This document shows, in pieces, positions 60,401 through 64,000 of a DNA stretch of 64,000 nucleotides; the stretch's first letter is position 1; the number at the start of each line of letters is the position of its first letter. A program made the position numbers and the translations under genes. The stretch is from Fidelibacterota bacterium (lineage in GTDB: Bacteria > Fidelibacterota > Marinisomatia > Marinisomatales > UBA1611): assembly GCA_028338895.1 (NCBI GenBank), contig JAOLAV010000003.1, forward strand, positions 2,598 through 66,597, written 5' to 3'. The notes under the pieces were generated by a model. It searched no databases. It worked only from the letters and a program-made list of their open reading frames with translations, and had not been told where the DNA came from.

Positions 60401-60655
60401 AATAATTACACTGTTTTTAACTTTATCTTTGGGTAATGTTATTTTAGACTCTATTCTATTTATAGATACAGGTTCAATTATATCTCCACCTGAAGTAATT
60501 GACATGGAAGATGGGATTACAAATTTTTCACTTAGCTCAACAACTCTTTGAGTCTCTATTAAATAAAAAGTATCAATTTTTGTAACAGTCTGCGCGAATA
60601 GATTAGCCCAGAGACTATAAAAGACACTTATAAAAAACCATTTTTTATCTAACAT
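57416..60655 (-). CDS. Large (1,079 aa) predicted outer-membrane beta-barrel protein
   Basis: Signal peptide. Alternating beta-strand-like composition. C-terminal ...LKGELRAYF. Overlaps its neighbours by 11 and 23 nt. Confidence 0.55.
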   Translation of the reverse strand: MLDKKWFFISVFYSLWANLFAQTVTKIDTFYLIETQRVVELSEKFVIPSSMSITSGGDIIEPVSINRIESKITLPKDKVKNSVIIKYKYLKKGLPLQFGPRLKSLPILNDSSDQLLSNNLSEKKDLEKNKDFFSSGTIYRSLNISPLGSSNFTGGLQMQINGVINKNIKISGILSDQDLPFQPEGTTRELEELDKVSIIVQHENFRIGAGDILYKDPNNSINLKKKLTGLKNTFSIENFSGSSVYAGSRGTFYFLEIYGRDGDQGPYQLLNNIGNKEIVVLAGTEKVWANGKKLIRGESFDYTIDYSLGQVFFTPNLLIHNDVKLLFEYEYTDFNYEKSFTGGSIKTKNNKFGEIAFGIYKESELFQEDDLINDFNKSLLTDLDGKIKLSTVIENEFGDYLQQDTIYFYDPENKSQLSPRYSISFNYDPKGNYRRKISNNGRIYYEFVKDEEKLELNDYYSPWKDIFAPKNHQFGYLNGKYIFNKYIKVNAELRASKKNQNLLSNSLIKNGGSYLTKIEIDSIILFQNKIKLEFSEWNRGKNYFSLGRENNINQTRIWDLDSLITQDVTERSIKATLLNNDMGKTDVEFSSLKNSLLSFSTVKINTLFYTNRIKDSFINIIRTDKQVYNFYRLNSKFQINNKIISPYLTLLNEKKSFSNKFYQIGSGLNFRLKNSILETGIERKVDESFNQNRKFEKIAEDVIGSLKFYLKSKEGWKHDLVLKKRFKKRVNQPNLNYSLADYNMSFFNVNKVFNFKILGRKEESTKEEVAIIYDSIGVNLGQYRYDSIFNTYIPDPNGAFISYSIFTGKKQQNSNYQGMQDFTFDFGKIRNNPKVMFRINSRQSFSGSYEKINQIFDFDFYKKDILHSNFRVRAEATYTGKNSFLSWVEVLTNLNGSDPRGNQLNKKREYGIIYNKKLNQNISLKNDFKSTFNSIQTNIPKQINRILNGWWESFEIQIHKKNGLDFDLGFFSGYNNGTQAENNFTVYAYGLSLTNKYLFKKTGMINSQLKIVNVYEKNRLPFIPPESVNGFALGKSFLFQSRIQYFITKSISSIITINTINDSRYSNFFTLKGELRAYF

Positions 60656-61433
60656 CCATTATCAGAATATGATCTTTTGAAAGAATCGCCATGGATAGGT
60701 TTCTTGATACAATATCTATAACCGGTATACTAGATTTTGGAATTGAACTATTTTTTTTTTCATTTATTGAAAAACCTAAACCTTGTTCATTAAAAAGAAA
60801 CCAATCGGACCTTAAAGAAACAATAAATTTTGCTTTTTCGATATAAGATGGGTATATCATTTGTCTACTTCCATTTTGTGTGAATATAATCAACCGGCCA
60901 TCACAATCAAGAATTCCAAATTCTCCATTTTTATTTATTGCCATATCCTTTATACAAGGTATTAAATCAAACTCTTTAAATAAATTTATATATGGTTGAT
61001 CATTTAATTCACCATTTTCGAAGAGATAGATGTTATTATAAGTTTTCGAGTACATAAAAAGTCTTCCCCAGGAATCAGAAATAACTTTATCTGGAAAGAT
61101 TTTAAGGTTTAGATCTATTGTTTGAACTGGATTTAAATTAAAATCAAGAACAGATATTTTATTTTCCAACCTATCTACAACATTAACACCATCGGGCATG
61201 GACCCTATCCAAATTAAATCACCATACCGAAATGTATCTCTACCCAAGCCAGTAGAAAATAAGATTTCACCGAGACTATTTAATTCAATGAGTTCACGTT
61301 TCGAATTATCTAAAATAATAAAACCATCCGATAATGACCAACTTAACATGCTAGGTTGAAAGTTTAAGTGATCTAATTTATCTGGGAATGGCCTATATTC
61401 AGATATACTCATTTGATCTCGAGAATAAACCAA
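60645..61433 (-). CDS. Hypothetical protein, beta-propeller-like repeats
   Basis: 262-aa ORF with TTG start in the track. The upstream in-frame KHLLIIFLFSIL looks like a signal peptide but has no canonical start codon, so the start is uncertain. Confidence 0.45.
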   Translation of the reverse strand: MVYSRDQMSISEYRPFPDKLDHLNFQPSMLSWSLSDGFIILDNSKRELIELNSLGEILFSTGLGRDTFRYGDLIWIGSMPDGVNVVDRLENKISVLDFNLNPVQTIDLNLKIFPDKVISDSWGRLFMYSKTYNNIYLFENGELNDQPYINLFKEFDLIPCIKDMAINKNGEFGILDCDGRLIIFTQNGSRQMIYPSYIEKAKFIVSLRSDWFLFNEQGLGFSINEKKNSSIPKSSIPVIDIVSRNLSMAILSKDHILIMDVR

Positions 61434-61464
61434 TATTGAGAATAAAAATATAATTAATAAATGT

Positions 61465-62316
61465 TTAAACTTTATCAGATATTTCCTGAGGTAGTGGGTT
61501 TAATAAAAAATAGAAGCCGATACATATCATGAAAAATGAAAGCACTTGAGCACCTGAAAATGTATTTAAAAAATATTTATGATTTGTTCTTAGAAACTCA
61601 ATTAAAAAACGTTCTATACCTGAACAAATTAAATAAGTAAAAAATAGAGAACCTTTCACACTAATATTTTTACGCTGATTCCATAAGAAGTAGAATAATA
61701 AAGAGCATATTAAAAACTCATAAATCTGAGTTGGATGGACAGTCAAAAGACCCGTTTCAAATTTGGACAAATCTATCCAAGGATACCTAAATTCAAAAAC
61801 CTGTGATGTTGTCGGTGGTAAACCTTCAGGAAAAGATATAGCCCAAGGTAATTTGGAGGGTATGCCATAGTCATCTCCAACAAGAAAACAGCCCAATCGT
61901 CCTATTGCATAACCTAAAATTATAAGCGGGGCTAATAAATCGGCAAAAAAAAGCCATGATAACTTGTTCTTTTTTAAGATTATTGTGACAGCAATTACAG
62001 CACCAATAAGTCCACCCAAAAAGACCAAACCAGCTCCACTAAAAACCATTCCAATTGGATTCTGGGATGCGATAAGGTCTTCAATGTTTTCTAAAATATA
62101 ATAAATTTTAGCTCCGACTATTCCACCTACTGCCGACCAAAAAATTATATCAGAGGCCAATTTCTCATCGTACCCTAACTTCTTTAGATCATAATTCAAT
62201 AAAAAGTAGCAAGTATAGAAAGCAATAACTAGCATCAAACCAAATGAATAGATAGCTAAACGAAATTGAAATCCAAAAATATTTATAATTCCAAAATCAA
62301 ATATGACGGGAAACAT
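61465..62316 (-). CDS. lgt: Prolipoprotein diacylglyceryl transferase
   Basis: YSFGLMLVIAF, GGIVGAKIYY, GRLGCFLVGDDYG, HPTQIYE. Confidence 0.9.
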   Translation of the reverse strand: MFPVIFDFGIINIFGFQFRLAIYSFGLMLVIAFYTCYFLLNYDLKKLGYDEKLASDIIFWSAVGGIVGAKIYYILENIEDLIASQNPIGMVFSGAGLVFLGGLIGAVIAVTIILKKNKLSWLFFADLLAPLIILGYAIGRLGCFLVGDDYGIPSKLPWAISFPEGLPPTTSQVFEFRYPWIDLSKFETGLLTVHPTQIYEFLICSLLFYFLWNQRKNISVKGSLFFTYLICSGIERFLIEFLRTNHKYFLNTFSGAQVLSFFMICIGFYFLLNPLPQEISDKV

Positions 62317-62449
62317 TTTAAATTATTTTCCTTATGAAAAAAGGTTTTTATTAATATATTAATTTACAATATTAAAAAAAAAATACAGATATAATATTTA
62401 CATATAAAAGCCTGTATTTAATTTTTATTAAATCTCAAAGTCATTGTTT

Positions 62450-63169
62450 CTATTGAGTCGTAATCTTAGTTATAATGATTAAATCATAAATAGAGTGTGA
62501 CCATGCTGTAATTCCAAAACCTCTGAAAAAATAGAGCGTTCCTAAAATAATACCAGCTAAGAATCTCACCATAAAGATTTTAAAAGAAAAAAAATCAGCA
62601 TAATCACCAATAAAATGAAAGGCAGAAAAAATACCAGCCGCAATAATCATGCTTAACCAATTATTGATTTTTTTATTCCAGTTAAAAACTAAAGCTAATA
62701 TTGATGAAATTAAAAGGATTAATACAACTCTAAAAAAAAACTCTTCGTAAATACCCGCACCTATCGCTAGAGTAATTTGCTGAATAAGAACTTCCCCATT
62801 TGGATTCATAAGAAATAGATAGACATTGGACATAAAAAAATATAATAAAAGTGACCAAAAAAGACTTTCGAAAACCATTATAATTAAATAATTCCCAAAA
62901 ATTTCAATGTCATACCAATATTTTCTTTGAACTAAAAAAGTTAAAATAATTGCTATGAAAAAGATAGCTCCCATCCAATATAAACCAACTAAACCAAATG
63001 TTGATAATATTTGACGCATAAGAGCATCTGCTCCATTACGCATAATATTTAAATTTTCATTAGAAGTAAGAAATATTCCAACTTCGTATATAAGAAAAAA
63101 GGGAAGAGTAAAAAGAAGGCTGTAAATAGGAGTTCTAGTATACTCCAAATATTTAATTATTAAATTCAA
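62450..63169 (-). CDS. CPBP (CAAX) family intramembrane protease
   Basis: EEFFFRVV and FHF motifs. Multi-TM. Confidence 0.8.
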   Translation of the reverse strand: MNLIIKYLEYTRTPIYSLLFTLPFFLIYEVGIFLTSNENLNIMRNGADALMRQILSTFGLVGLYWMGAIFFIAIILTFLVQRKYWYDIEIFGNYLIIMVFESLFWSLLLYFFMSNVYLFLMNPNGEVLIQQITLAIGAGIYEEFFFRVVLILLISSILALVFNWNKKINNWLSMIIAAGIFSAFHFIGDYADFFSFKIFMVRFLAGIILGTLYFFRGFGITAWSHSIYDLIIITKITTQ

Positions 63170-64000
63170 TCGTCTTGAATTTGTAGAACCGCTAGTAATG
63201 CTTCTTGGGGAATCTCAACTCTACCGATCATTTTCATACGTTTCTTACCTTTTTTCTGCTTTTCCCAAAGTTTTCGTTTTCTTGAAATATCGCCACCATA
63301 ACATTTTGCTGTTACATTCTTTTTCAAAGCCCGAACCGTTGTTCTTGCTATTATTCGACTATTTAATGAAGCTTGTATTGCAACTTCAAACATTTGTCTT
63401 GGAATCAACTCTTTTAGCTTACTACATAGTGCAACACCGCGATGGTATGCATCTTCAGAATGACAAATAACAGATAAAGCATCGACTGATTCATTATGGA
63501 TTAATATATCCAGTTTCTGTAAACTAGCTTTTTTGAACTCTTTAAGTTCATAATCAAATGAAGCATATCCACTAGATATAGATTTTAGTTTATCATAAAA
63601 ATCAAAAATAATTTCGCCTAAAGGCAGTTCATAATGTAATTGGGCTTTATCAGGAGATAAATAATGAATCGTCTTATAAATACCTCTTTTTTTTTGACAT
63701 AAAGTCATAACGCTACCAATATATTTTTTGGGTGTAATTATCTCGGCTCTAACAATTGGCTCCATAATATTATCTATTTCACCTGAACCTGGCATTTTAG
63801 CTGGCGTATCAACTGTTATGAGATCTCCTGAACGTGTATTTACTTTATAAATAACATTTGGAGTGGTTGTTACTAAGTCTAGATTAAATTCACGCTCTAA
63901 TCTCTCTTGAATAATCTCCATATGTAAAAGGCCTAAAAAGCCACAACGAAACCCAAAACCTAAGGCTTCACTTGTTTCAGGAGTAAACTCTAGAGAAGCA
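63166..64000 (-). CDS. lepA: Elongation factor 4 (LepA), C-terminal portion; 5' end beyond the window
   Basis: ...[23 protein letters not shown]...[23 protein letters not shown]. The frame stays open to position 64000. Confidence 0.9.
   Translation of the reverse strand, partial: ASLEFTPETSEALGFGFRCGFLGLLHMEIIQERLEREFNLDLVTTTPNVIYKVNTRSGDLITVDTPAKMPGSGEIDNIMEPIVRAEIITPKKYIGSVMTLCQKKRGIYKTIHYLSPDKAQLHYELPLGEIIFDFYDKLKSISSGYASFDYELKEFKKASLQKLDILIHNESVDALSVICHSEDAYHRGVALCSKLKELIPRQMFEVAIQASLNSRIIARTTVRALKKNVTAKCYGGDISRKRKLWEKQKKGKKRMKMIGRVEIPQEALLAVLQIQDD

Overview
Low-GC bacterial chromosome segment (roughly 30% GC by eye). It is probably from an uncultured marine member of the FCB superphylum: type IX secretion (T9SS) C-terminal sorting domains of the NYPNPFNP type, many lipobox lipoproteins, and a Flavobacteria-style LRR N-terminus on a giant surface protein. 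The flanks (1-16.4 kb and 39.5-64 kb) carry ordinary genes. These include tRNA-Gly, yciH, cutC, MFS and EamA transporters, an AlkB-like hydroxylase, a class III cyclase, OYE, GNAT, GH99, DPP-IV, UDG, PpiD, an acyl-CoA carboxylase beta subunit, accA, a glycan/LPS gene block, an outer-membrane module, lgt and lepA. The centre (about 16.4-39.5 kb) looks GC-richer and is a flexible region built around tRNA-Ala(GGC). (1) A roughly 13-kb island is bounded by a perfect 59-bp repeat of the tRNA-Ala 3' end. It carries a frameshifted tyrosine integrase, phased arm-like repeats and an odd inverted 9-mer array. Its cargo is one operon: an LpoB/CsgG-like protein, a cohesin-like lipoprotein and a 3,256-codon T9SS beta-helix/FG-GAP protein broken by a 1-nt deletion. 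(2) To its left lies an older, decayed region. It holds a truncated integrase, tandem 11-bp repeats, an intact 2,756-aa T9SS protein (LRR, lamin-tail, two C-type-lectin-like domains, beta-helix, FN3-like repeats), an orphan CTD stub and a foreign gene fragment. Separately, two genes that the ORF track shows as truncated read through in-frame TGA codons at redox-Cys positions (PCG-TGA and W-TGA-TW-C). Both have downstream hairpins at SECIS-like distance, so they are candidate selenoproteins. No CRISPR array, rRNA, transposase or reverse transcriptase was seen.
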